A stretch of DNA of 64,000 nt, from positions 158,720,001 to 158,784,000 of the forward strand of contig OZ024741.1 in the NCBI GenBank assembly GCA_964016885.1. The letters are read 5' to 3'. Source of the DNA: Eledone cirrhosa (taxonomy: Eukaryota). Each line of letters starts with the position of its first letter. Within the stretch, counting starts at the first letter, position 1. The notes beneath the pieces are model-generated. The model worked only from the letters and a program-made list of their open reading frames with translations. It ran no database searches and was not told the origin of the DNA. Positions 50,472-62,875 of the stretch are shown here, one piece after another. The position numbers and the translations under genes are program-made.

Positions 50472-51280
50472 GTAAGTATTGGTTCTTTTAATATTTCTAT
50501 ACCTTTTTTTTTTCAATTGTTATACCAGATTTTAGTATTTAATTAAAAAAGTGTAGAGGCATGGCAGATTTGGTAGAGTGTTGGATAGAATACCATTGCA
50601 GTATTTGTTCTGGCTCTTTACATTCTGAGTGCATTTGCTACTGAGGTAAACTTTGCTTTTATGTTTCTGGGGTCAATAAAATGCAGTACCTGTCATGTAA
50701 TGGAGTTGATTTAATCAACTTTGCCCTGCCCCCGAATTTTCAAGCCTTGCACCTAAACAAAAGATCAATATTTGAATAAAAGAGAAAACCTTTCTGCAAT
50801 GAATACACTTTCAGAAATTTTGCGTGTGGCCCAGTGGTAAGGGTGTTGGACTTACAATTGTAATATCGTGGGTTTGATTGCTGGGCTGAGTTGCAAGTTG
50901 TGTTCTTGAGCAAAACACTTCATTTCACATTGCTCCAGTATACTTGGCTGTAAATGAATACCAGCAATAGATGGAGGTTTAACCCTGCATTGCACTAGTG
51001 TCCTCTCCAGGGATGGCGGCGGGGTGTGTGGGGTGTGTGGGGGAGTCTTGTACTCTCAGTCGCTTGATGCCATGAAACTGGGATAAGCACCGGCCTAACA
51101 AGCCTTCTGGCTTAAAACATACTTTAGAATATTATTGCTCAAATAATCTACACTGGAATATTTTAACCCTTATGATACTAACCTGCCTTCAAGCCCCCTT
51201 TAAGTTTTATAATAGAAAACTTCTAATTGTGATAAGTTCATATTGTAACTCAAACTTACCATTATTATTTTATGTTATAA

Positions 51281-51470
51281 AGGCGGTGGATTGGCAGTAT
51301 TGGTAGAGTGTCGGATGCCATGCTTTGGCGCATAGAGTTACGGCCCTTGCCATTCTGAGTTCAAATCCCGCCGAGGTTAACTTTGCCTTTCATCCTTACG
51401 GGGTCGATAAAATAAAGTACCAGTAATACACTGATAATTGCTGGCCTTGTGCCTAACGTAGAAACAATTA
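51281..51470 (+). mobile_element. Full-length tRNA-type SINE with 17-bp TSD
   Basis: TSD attattttatgttataa at 51264-51280 and 51467-51483. Confidence 0.9.
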
Positions 51471-51875
51471 TTTTATGTTATAACCTTCTGTTAAATTATG
51501 TTCTTAACAGCATTTTAATAATGAAAAGTTCAATTATTTAATTAAATCCTTCCAAATTCTTGCTTGTTTTCAAAATTCATTGTAAGTATGGATAACGGTA
51601 TAATGATGCATACCTGACTTTCTATTCTGGTATGGATTGAACAAGGAAGCAAATAAGGCAAGTGGGAGTAGGGAGCACATCTTTCTTCCATGCTGACATG
51701 TGTGCATGTATATATATACATATATATATATACATGTGTGCATGTATATATATACATATATATATATACATGTGTGCATGTATATATATATATATATATA
51801 TATGTGTATACATACATACATACATACACATGTATACACACATGTGCATGCGCACACGTACACACATATGTATCT

Positions 51876-52062
51876 ACGAGGGTTGGCTGAAAAATGTATA
51901 GGCTGACCAAGATAGTTTGAATGAAATGACCAAATGAATTTTTTTTTTCAACATAGTAGCTTGGAAAAAAAACAATGCATTTGAAATTAATGCATGCAAG
52001 ATTTCACAGCTCTAGCACCACTCCTTTGATAATCAGCCTATGATCTTTTCAGTGTACCCTAT
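51876..52062. mobile_element. Mariner-type MITE
   Basis: ta-cgagggttggctgaaaaatgtataggctga ... tcagcctatgatcttttcagtgtaccc-ta; lone left end also at 47821-47875. Confidence 0.65.
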
Positions 52063-52133
52063 ATATATATTTATTTATTGTATTTTCATCTCAATTTTGT
52101 TTCCCTTTATTTTATTTTTCATTGGATCCTCAG

Positions 52134-52226
52134 GATTTAGCTCCAATAGTCTCCAATTTAACAATATCAGCCCGAAATGATCAACAATATATATCAGGGA
52201 TACAAAATATGAAAATGACTTATCAG
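52134..52226 (+). CDS. Integrin alpha exon M (calf-2)
   Basis: long pyrimidine tract + cctcag|DLAPIVSNLTISARNDQQYISGIQNMKMTYQ|gtatta; phase 0 to 0. Confidence 0.8.
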
Positions 52227-53148
52227 GTATTATATTTTAACATTCTCTAAATCTCAATCTGTCTCGCTCTCTCATACATCTTTGCTCTCTTTCCGACATC
52301 CTATTTTCTCACTTTCTTTCTTTCTTTGTCTTTCCTCTCTCTGTCTTTCTCCATCTCCCTCTTTTTCATTCTCCCTCTCTCACATACACATACTCTCTCT
52401 CTCTCTCTCTCGCTCTCTCTCACTCTCTCTGGTTAGCTCAGTATCTTTGTTGTTCCTCTCTCTCAAACAGTAGAAGTTCTAATATAATGTGTATGTGGAG
52501 GGTGTATATAGATGAATGACAATCAATAAAGCCCAAGATAAGAATACAAGTGCTGTGGTCAATCTAGAATGGAATGGACCTATGCTACTTTCATTGATGA
52601 GTTTTCCAGTTGTTCAATCAAGTTGCTCATCAAATTAACATATTTCTTTCTTTTAATAAATATTTTAATTCTTATTTTATATATTTTTCAAAATAATTTT
52701 TTCTTTTTAATTTTGCATCTTTTATTTCGATAATTTTAAAAGTTGTTTCCTTGAGCAAGACACTTTATTTCACATTGCTCCAGTTTACTCAGCTGTAGAA
52801 ATGAGATGATAAGGACTGGGGTCCCTATCATTCTACGTGGAGGTGCCATGGAAAAAAAAGCACCCATCACTCACTGTAAATGAGGTTGGTGTTAGGAAGG
52901 GCATCCAGCTGTAGAAATCAAGCCAGAATCAGTTCCCGTCCCACCCTTGCAAGCAGGGAAAAGCGGATGTAAAAATGATGATGATGATGATGATGTCTGT
53001 ATGTTAATAACTAATATATATTTTATAATTTTTTTTTTCTATTAATATTATATAATTTTAAATATATTCTATAAAGCATTAATTATCTCTTTAAGAAAAT
53101 GATCATTAACAAAAATGTCATTTAAACCCCAGCAACATTTATGATATA

Positions 53149-56100
53149 CTAGCAGCAGGACCTCGCATTGCACGGCGTAGGAAACGTGAAATAGCCACAC
53201 GCATATGCTAAGATTGAGGAATGTAGCTGTGTACTTTTTGAATTCCCTTATTCTCAGGGAATGATTGTTCATCTACTGGAAACATAGAACACCAGCCGGC
53301 CCGAATCATGAAACATCTGCATGCATGTGCAAAATCTGAAGAAAATCAGCTGGATACTCTTTAAGCGTACTAAATCTTAGAACATTTGGAGAAAATCGGT
53401 TAGGTACTTTTCGAGTTTTATAGATTCGCAACACAGCAACAAAGGTGCGACCAAAGGGGTCACCGCAGAATTAGCACGACCGCTGTTCGACGTACTTGCT
53501 CAGGACGTTCATACTGCGATGTAGGTGCAACAAAAGGGGTTTTAGTAGAAATAACACAGACGTGAGTTTTACTGTGTCAATAATATGACAACGTACACAG
53601 GTCCTGCGTAAAAGTAAGTGTTGTGTCCTCTGTTAAATAAACCAAATTTTTAACAAAATATTATATGCTACTTATGATGTTTAACCCTATAGCATTCACA
53701 TTACTCTATATATACTATTATATTTTCATAGTAAAGGCTTTACCTTGCATAATTATCTCACATAATATCGAATCTATGAGAATTTGAAAGTATTTATTTT
53801 GAGAACAATACCTTAACATCAGTTTGAGCGACCAGTTACAGCCAGTTTCAACAGAAAGAGGTAGAGAATACTGGCCGGTTTTGGCCAGTTTGAACATTAA
53901 AGGGTTAAGTAGCGTTTATATTGAAAATGAAAATGGCATGTAATGCCCAATGCTAATTCGTAAATTTCCTAGAAACCATTAATGGAATCGGAAATTTTTT
54001 GTCCACAGCAATGCAAGGAGACTAACTAATGTGTGCTGCAAATTTCGAGGAAATCGGCTGGATTAGCTTTAAGTTACGCCTCAAAAAAGCATAACAATTC
54101 TAAAAAATGCGGTTTTTCGCCTAATTCGGGCAGAAAAAGTAAAAATCCTTTTAGCTCATTGCACTTCAAGAAATATAAGTAAAGCATGTGTAAAGTTTGA
54201 AAAAAATTGGTCGGGTACTTCTTGAGTTTTAGGGATTTACACAGACAGACATCCTTTGTTTTATATATATAGACTAGCTGGCCCATCTGGCTGGCGCCCG
54301 GCTAGGTATACCTGTATTTTATCTTTTCAGGAACGCCCCCTCCACTCCAGTGCTAAGATACCGCACGCCCTCTCATGTCATATTGTCATTCCGAGTATGT
54401 ATCAAGGCGGGGAGCTATTGTGGTGACTCATTTCTGATGCATGAAAAATATCACCACCACCACTGGAATGATCAACGATCATAATCACTCGATTCTGTGG
54501 TAAAAGTTACAACTGTAGTGTTGGACCATTAGTTTTGTCACATTCCTGCTATTGTCACACTGGTTGTGAGGCCTCTAAAAGATCTGATGCAGGCCTACTG
54601 CCAGGCGCTTTCCGGGTGGGCCTGCTAGTTTAATGTACTGGCAATTAACGTAGCAAGGAATATAGTGATGATTTCGGCTGAATGTGTCTTCATGCTCCCT
54701 GTTGTTACCAGTATGACCCTCACTGACCTATATTTCCCCCTCCAGTAAACCTGCCCATCTCTTCTTTCTATGCTAGTGGCAAGTGTGTGGTTTTCAATAA
54801 GAGGTATGTTCCAGCACTATCTTCCGACTATGGAGCTAAGGGGGGAAATCTATTGTGGTGACTCACTGCTTTTGAGACTGGGCTGATCGAATGGCTCTCG
54901 CATGACTCCTCAATTGCTGAAGGCGAGACTGGTGCTGCTCTTGAGGCTGGGTTGACCGAACGGCTGTCGCATGAGTCCTCATCTGCTGAAGGCGAGACTG
55001 GCGCACCTCTTGAGACTGGCCTGCTCGACTGGCTCTTGCATGAGTCCTCATCTGCTGAAGGCGACGTTCATGATTATCTTCAGACTCTGCTGCTCTAGTA
55101 ACATTTTTTCTTCAGGCTGGGACATTTTGGGTGGCATATCGGCAGTAACAATGATTGTGCGAACAGGGTGATGTTTGCTCTTTATATAGGTGTTATTCAG
55201 GTGAGGGTGATGCATAGAAATCGAATAACCAATCAAGTTACGAGGGGTCAATCATGACTGATAGTGATTGGCTTTAGTTATAATGTGATTGCACATGCAT
55301 GAGTCAAAAGGTCAAAGGGGGCATTGTGTTGTTTAGTGAGATTGGTGGTGCTAATTTGTATGCCACCTACATAGAAAGATGAGAAAGGCTAACTCCATCG
55401 ATTTCATTCAATAAATCCACCATTGGCACGTTCTACGGCATCCATATATATATATATATAGCTGACGTACCTAGCTTTGCTTGGATAAACAGACGATAAG
55501 CCGTCTGTGCTTTCGTACAGTCGAACTAAATGTAAACAAATCGCTGCATAGTTAACAAAATAAATACAATGTTTGTTTATATTTTATTTTTGTAGTTCTG
55601 TTTTCCGATGTATTGTGTGTTTGTGTATACAAAAATATCTGTACACGAATATATAATTATATATATATATATAATTAATTAAAAGTTGGTTAGAAGCGAA
55701 GTCAATGCAGATAGGCAGACATACAGACAGATATTATAAGCACGCAACGTTATAGCTATGTATCTATCTAAAAAGACAGAGTAAGAAAGAGAGAGGAATG
55801 TCGCATTATATACATTATATATAATAAAGTACCAGTAATGTACTCCTCACTTTACATACAGCCATCAGCTTTATTAATATAGATAGAGATTGACAATATA
55901 CACAGAAATTTAATCCATGATACATTTATAAAAAAGACGATATATATAAACTGCAAAATATATGAATGTTTATTTAAGCGATCGCTAACCGGAAGTGTTG
56001 ACATTTGAAAATTTTAAACAAGTGAATCTTTAAATAAACAATAAAATATCTTTAATCAAGAATAACGAAATTTAGTAGACAAAAATACACTCACTTTCTT

Positions 56101-56201
56101 CCTTGGAAAAAGTTACATCTATGGTGCAAATTTGGTGCCATTTGGCCAAAAGTTTGTTACATACATACATGCATACGGCCATCAGTTATATTAATATAGA
56201 T
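53149..56201 (-). mobile_element. Head-to-tail cluster of 3-4 Helitron-like elements
   Basis: CTAG/hairpin ends at ~53149, 54273, ~55459; 5'-type ends (tttatatatataga, ttattaatataga) at ~54272, ~55883, ~56200; RepHel-like N-terminal repeats at 54865-55138. Confidence 0.6.
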
Positions 56202-56296
56202 TAAATTTATTGATTCTATTGTGGTTGATAATATTAGTTTAATATAAGAAGTTGGTTAACATTTCAGGCAAATATGTCAAGCATTGCCTTATCTTA

Positions 56297-57522
56297 CATC
56301 ATCATCATCATCATCATCATCACCGTTTCACGTCCGTTCTTCCACGCTAGCATGGGTTAGACGGGTTGTCCTGTTGTGGGCAGTGTCTGGTCAGCTGACC
56401 ATGCCTTGCTCATACAGGAACTGATTTGGCTTGATTTCTACAGCTGGATGCCCTTCCTAACACCAACCTCATTTACAGTGAGTGCTGGGTGCTTTTTCGT
56501 GGCGCCTACACATCCACTTTACAGTGTGGGCTGGGTGCTTTTTTGCCGTGGCACCTCCACGACCACCTTGCGGTGGGGGCATATTGTCTATATGCTTCAG
56601 CTTGTACCCATGGGAGGTCGGGTACTCTGTATTACTGCGTGACGCCAGAGGTCACGGTCGTGTGTCATTGCCTTTGCGAGGTGTAATTGGGTAAGGTCGG
56701 CTTTTATCACCTCATCCCAGGTCATCTTGGGTCTCCCCACTCCGCGGTTTCCATCAACATTCTGAGGGAGAAGCCTTTTGCAGCTAGCAGTGGTAGTAGT
56801 TCCCTAAACTTCTTCCATCCCGTTCTTACCCTAGTTATTGTACTTTCTGAACACCCACCTCCGCTGCTAATTCGGTCACCTAGGTAGCAGAAGCTGTCTA
56901 CTGTTTCTACAGAGCTCTCCCAGAGATTGGTGGTACTTGTTTCCTGTGGCTGTTTGCTGCTTGCTGTCTCAGCACAGCTGCTGCATGTGAAGCCTACATT
57001 CTTAATTAAGCTTCCTGAGATCCCGCTACATCTCTTGTGTACCCATTGTTTGCATTTGGGGCAGAGAATGGAGCTCCTACCTACACCTTTCCTACATACT
57101 GAGCAAGTCCATTTCCCTGAGGGGATCTGGGTTCTGTTTTCTCGTCTACTTACAAGGACCTTAGTCTTTGTCATGTTGACTTTGAGACCCTTTCTTTCTA
57201 GTCCCTGCTTCCAAGTTTGGAATTTATTCTCTAGTTCTACCATAGATTCAGCTATGAGTGCGAGGTCATCAGCATACAGGAGTTCCCATGGGCATCCGGT
57301 CTTAAACTCCTCCGTTATTGCCTGCAGGACTATGATGAACAGGAGGGGGCTAAGAACAGAGCCCTGGTGGACCCCAACCTGTACGCTAAATTCCTCGCTA
57401 TACTCATTGCTAATCCTAACTTTGCTGACTGCTCCCCTATACATGGCTTGTACCGCTTTCACAAGCCATTCATCTACTCCTAGTTTTCTAAGAGCCCACC
57501 AGATTACAGCACGTGGAACTCT
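56297..57522 (-). mobile_element. Antisense 5'-truncated, internally deleted RTE LINE (related subfamily) with (GAT)n tail
   Basis: ORF 56722-57462 closely parallels 32560-33270 (GVHQGSVLSP, YADD, PHD-like finger); deletion near 56755; (cat)n at 56297-56321. Confidence 0.93.
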
Positions 57523-59831
57523 ACATATTTAACATTATATGGGTTCAGCAAATTTTGGAAAAGCATTTAACACTTTAGCATTTACATTACTCTATATTTA
57601 CTATTGCATTTTCACAGAAAAGGTTTTATCTCACTTAATTATTTCACATAATATCGAATCTACGAGGTTTTGATATTATTTATTTTGAAAATAGTGCCTT
57701 GACATCAAAACTGATGTCAGTGGCCAGTTACAGCCAGTTTAAACAGATAGAGGTCAGAGAATTATGGCCTGATTTGGCCAGTTCAAATGCTAAATGGTTA
57801 AGGCTTCCACATCAAACTAAGTTTGGAGCTCACTCATAAAAAAGCATTCATTAGAAAAGCATTATAAATTTAATATTCTTCCAATATTTTGTTAAGTTCA
57901 TATTGTCTTAAATGGTGACAACAAATATACAATAATTTATTACTCATTATTCAATTTCCTAACTCAAATGTCTCAATTACTTCTTTAATACTATATTTGT
58001 CTTTCAATGCAGTAGAAGCTCTAAAAGATTTTGCTTAATATTTTATTGTAGATATACAACTTTGTAAATCAAAGGACAATATATTTTGTTTAATCAAGTT
58101 TTGTCATCTTTTAGTATTAAAAAATTCAAGACAGAAACTGCAGAATGCCAGATAAAAAGTCCTATAATTTCATTCCTCAATATTTTCAAATTAAATTCCT
58201 CTGATGGTGATAAAATTACCACTAGTAAATATATAACTGAACAATTTAAGCAACTACAGCTCTACTTAAATTGACTAAAAATATAATGTTCTTTTTTTTA
58301 TCAGATAAAATTTTATTTCGTTAGGCTTTGTGTGAATTACAAACAAGAGCTAAGGTCAACAACCATTATGATTTTCTCCTTACTTTATATTCAACGAAAG
58401 CCATGGATGGAAAACTTTCTAAAGAGCTGTTTTCTATTTTTAGTGCGAGGAAAGGAAAGAACAATTTACTTACATATTTTTGGTGTTTTTTATTTTGTAT
58501 AGAGGAAGAGGATATCAGTAAGGGTGTAAATGGGATTTTAGTTTAATGCAGTCACTGACATTTAACCTAAAGACATAAGTTGACCTTATTACTTCAACGT
58601 TTCACCCTCCCCATTTGTAATATCTTCTGATGGCATTGTCTAGACTCTAGACAGCTTGTACCTCATGTTTTACAAAAACAAAAGAAAAGAAAATATTGTT
58701 AACTCATTATTGGAGTTCAAATCCCATCTGTATCAATTTTTTTGTATTTTATCTTTCTGATATTGTTTGATTAAATTGATTATACCTTGCCAACAAAAAA
58801 CACAGAAACTAAGGAAATGAGTTTGTATACATACACGTGCAACTTTTAACAGCAATTTCTGATAAACAATATTTTTGGTGATTTTTTATTTTAAGTAGAC
58901 ATGATGTAAATAAGATGGATTCTGCTGGTTTCTGGAAGTTGCATTAAATATCATCATATAACTACTTCTACAGTAATAATATTAGAATGAACAGTACCTG
59001 ATTGATCTGGATAAATAAAGTTTATTCATCATTGTGGTTTTAAGGTCCACTTTCCCTCTAGCAAGGGTTGGATGGGTTTACAGAGACCAAGTCAGCACTG
59101 AAACAGGGCTACTGATCTCCCAGACAAGCCAGGGACCTGTCATCTCATTTGTGTATGGTCTCATGTTCTACCAAGTGCACAGGAGAGGTTGTCATGTCTT
59201 TAACAGCCTTCCCTACCCTTTGTTTGGCAATATTTCTAAGGCTGGATGCCCTTACTGGCTGCATTTATCATGTAGGGAGGATGTTATGTTTTTGACATGA
59301 CTGAAGGGTCCTCCGTACCCTTTGTTTGGCAAGCTTTCTATGGTTGGATACCCTTAATATCAACAACCACTTTACAGCATGTACTGAATATCTTTATCAT
59401 GTAGGTCACCAAATACTAGGGAGGCTGTCATGTTCTTGACATGACTGAAAAGTCCTCCCAGCCCTTTGTTTGGTAAGCTCTCCACAGCTGAATGCCCTTC
59501 CCATCAACCACTTCACAAGGGGCAGTGGTTAGGAATAATTTTTTTCCCATGTATTTGCTGCCATTTGATTTATTAGTTAAAGATCGTGTTTAAAATTATA
59601 ATATGTTTGATAAAGATTAAAGAAAATATGAAATCGATATAAATGAATGTAAAATGCAATTTCTAGAGATTTAACTGAAGCCACCTTATTTACATTACAT
59701 ATACCTAAAATTTCTATATTTAATTTGAAATGTGTGCATCCCAAAGCAAATGACTATAACAATAGTTGATCACAATAAATAAATAATAATATTAATAATA
59801 ACAATAATCAATATTTTTGTTGTACTTTTAG

Positions 59832-59942
59832 GTTATCACCAAGTTGAGACCAGACCGAAAACCTCTAAAAATTTGGATTATTATTGTGTGTGTAGTTCTT
59901 GGACTGTTTCTTCTAGCTGCTATTAGTTTTGGTTTAAAAAAA
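59832..59942 (+). CDS. Integrin alpha exon N (transmembrane helix)
   Basis: tacttttag|VITKLRPDRKPLKIWIIIVCVVLGLFLLAAISFGLKK|gtaaga; integrin-alpha TM pattern with the intron just before the expected GFFKR exon. Confidence 0.93.
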
Positions 59943-60587
59943 GTAAGAAGTTCTCTGAGTATTTTATTCTTGAACAACATGATAAGAGGGCAGTGTCACT
60001 GAAACTGAAGGGAAAGATATATACTGCATGTATGGGAGATAGCAAATATTATGGGAGTATGACATGGGTGATGAACATAGAGAAGTGGAGAAGGCTGGAA
60101 AAAATGAGAATGGTTTGGAGGAAAAAATGAGCTGTACCAGTAATTCAAAGGGACAGACTTGTTACATACTGTCATGCTGAATCTCCCTGAAAATTACATC
60201 AAAGGTACCACCTTTGCAAGTAGGGAAAAGCGGACATAAAATGATGATGATGATGATGTACACATGTCCGAGGATTGCTCAGGCCCTGGCATGTTAATTT
60301 AACAAGCAAGCTGTTCTATTGCTTGGACAACAGGTACACTTATCATTGAAACTGGTGGAGGTCCATGCCATCCCTACCACAAGAGCAGCCATTCCAATAG
60401 GGTCAGGCCCAAACTAGGGGAATAGATGTGCCTCTACTTGACCTTTTGAGGATAGTTTCCTTTGTGGCAGAAACTGGCCACACTGCTCTTAACCTATAAC
60501 CCTGTGTCAACAATAGCTCACTGTGACAGCAACAATATGACATAACCATTACAGTTAGGGAACTGGTAGAGAAACACTTCTATAATG

Positions 60588-60594
60588 AACACTA

Positions 60595-60635
<41 letters not shown>

Positions 60636-60670
60636 ACTACCATCATTGCTACTACTGCTACCACCACTAT

Positions 60671-60727
<57 letters not shown>

Positions 60728-60738
60728 CATTGCTGCTG

Positions 60739-60771
<33 letters not shown>

Positions 60772-61025
60772 TCATCACAATTACCATGACCACTCCATCT
60801 ACCACTATCACCATTACCTCTGCCACATCACCTTAATCACTATTACAACTACCACCAATACTGTCACAACTCTGCAAAGGAAGTAGTAAGGTTGTGGTGG
60901 TAATAATTACGTAGTGGCAGTGATAATGATAGTAATCTTAGTGTGGTAATAATGCAGTAGTAGTAGTAGTAGTTGTAGTAGTAGTAGTAGTAGTAGTAGT
61001 TGTAGTGTGATGGTGGTGGTGGTAT
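60588..61025. repeat. (CTA)n/(CTG)n tract and inverted (TAG)n tract
   Basis: Visible directly. Confidence 0.9.
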
Positions 61026-61114
61026 TGTGAAGCTACATCTGAAGAACTTCCTCAGGCCTAACTAATTACTATGTTTCACTTCTTGTGCACACTCACACAT
61101 ACATGCAAACACAT

Positions 61115-61149
<35 letters not shown>

Positions 61150-61329
61150 TATTGCAGTAGAAATGATGGCAAAAGGGTTGTGAGGACTCTTCAACCACAT
61201 CAAGGATATGGCAACTTTTATAGTCATGTCCTTGATGTGTCACAATAAAATGCACACAGTACACTCTGTAAGATTGGATAGAGCACCCCTCTTCTTCTCC
61301 TCCTTCTTTTTCTGCTTCGCCCACTTATT

Positions 61330-62625
61330 CCTGAGAGTCCTACCAGAAGCAACCATTGAGACCAACTGAGCTCATAGATGTAATCCAATCATCTTGCTTG
61401 TGGTCTACCTCTGGGTTTTCTTCCAGTTGGCTTTGCCTGTAAAATCTTTCCAGCCATTCTAATCGCATGTCTTTAGTATTGGAGCTATGATCTCTTAATT
61501 CAGAGAAGAAACAGCTCTACCTAGAGCAACTCCCTGATCTCCAAGTTATGCACCCTACCTAGAGCAACTCCCTGATCTCCAAGTTATACACCAAATACCT
61601 TTTAGAGGAACTCCATTTCAGTCACTTGTATTCACAATCATATTTGTTTGGTCATGACCATAGGTAAGGGTAGGCATCAACACCAAATTGAAGATAGTGA
61701 GTTTTGCTTTTACATCTACCTCCCTTCTTCTGTTGATCAAGTGCTGAAGCTAGCACATAACTGCACCAGCTCCTGCAACTTTTGCATTCAATTCAACCTC
61801 CTGCCTTCCATTACTCATGAAAACAGCTCTGAAATACATGAACTTCTCCATCTGCTTCAATGGAATTCCACTCAAATGTAGAGTGCACAGCACAGGTTTT
61901 CTTGAGACGATGCATATCTGTCTTTGCAGCAATGATTTTCATTCCTGTTGTGCAGTACTTAGCAGCAAATCTATCCTGAGAATATTTGAGATCACTTTCT
62001 GATGAGTTAAGTAATACCGTGTTATCTGCATATCCCAGCTGACTGATCCTAGACCTGCCAGTTTTGATACCACTTTCAACTTGGTTGCACATGTCAATCC
62101 TGTTTATGAAGATTATGAATAAGAGCGGTGATAATACACACTCTTGGTTGAGTTCAACATCCACATTGAATAATTTTGTCTTAACACCATTTATTCGAAC
62201 ATAAATACTAGGGCATTCATATAGAAACTTCAAAGCAATAGAAGCTATCTGTCAATCCCATACTGCCGCAGAACCTTCCACAAGTCCCGTGTAATGCAGT
62301 TGTATGCCTTTTTAAAGTCCAAACAAGCATACACATCTTGGCAATACTCCCACAATTTCTCAAAAATCTGCCATAGAATGAATATTTGGTCAGCTGTGCT
62401 ACACCCAGGGTGAAAACCACACAATTCATCAGCCAGCTTGGACATAACAATATCCCTATATTGCTTTGCTAGACACTTAGCATACACTTTACCAGGGAGT
62501 CTTAACAAGGAGATTCCTAAAAGATTAGAGCACTCTCTTTTGTCTCCCTTTTTGAAAATTGGGATTATCATTCCTGATGACCACTGTTTAGGTGCCTTTT
62601 CAGAGATCCTGGCCACCTGACACAC
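61330..62625 (-). pseudogene. Decayed RTE (BovB-like) RT fragment
   Basis: IIPIFKKGDKRECSN..GISLL.LPGKVYAK, DFKKAY, VLSPLLF, YADN. Confidence 0.88.
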
Positions 62626-62631
62626 ATGAGT

Positions 62632-62875
62632 CATCATCATCATCGTTTAACGTCTATCTTCCCCGCTAGCATGGGTTTAGGGGGGAATTGTCCCACTTAA
62701 GACAAGATTGGTTGTTTTGCTCGTATAGGACTGTCTGGCAGGTTTTCTACGACTGGATGCCCTTCCTAACACCAACCACGTTTACAGTGTGGACTGGAAG
62801 GTTTTTACCGTGTTACCTACACGGCTACATTACAGTGTGGACTGTGTGTTTTTTTGTCGTGACACCTACACGACC
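62632..62875 (-). mobile_element. Antisense RTE 3'-UTR fragment of the 32-34 kb subfamily
   Basis: Near reverse complement of 33826-34070; shorter copy at 47476-47640. Confidence 0.85.

Larger units (their letters stand above)
1494..59942 (+). other. Integrin alpha-subunit gene (partial; 14 coding exons seen, gene extends beyond the exons found)
   Basis: Spliced exons give one open frame with FG-GAP repeats, three DxxxDxxxD Ca-binding loops, genu motif CGADKICYSDL, calf domains and a TM helix. All junctions are GT-AG and phase-compatible. Orthology to a specific ITGA cannot be assigned by eye. Confidence 0.95.

Noticed and set aside
58086-58546. Two short ORFs and a possible 30-nt exon ALCELQTRAK
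   Set aside because: No recognisable family, weak donor (gtcaac), and exons M-N already join sensibly.
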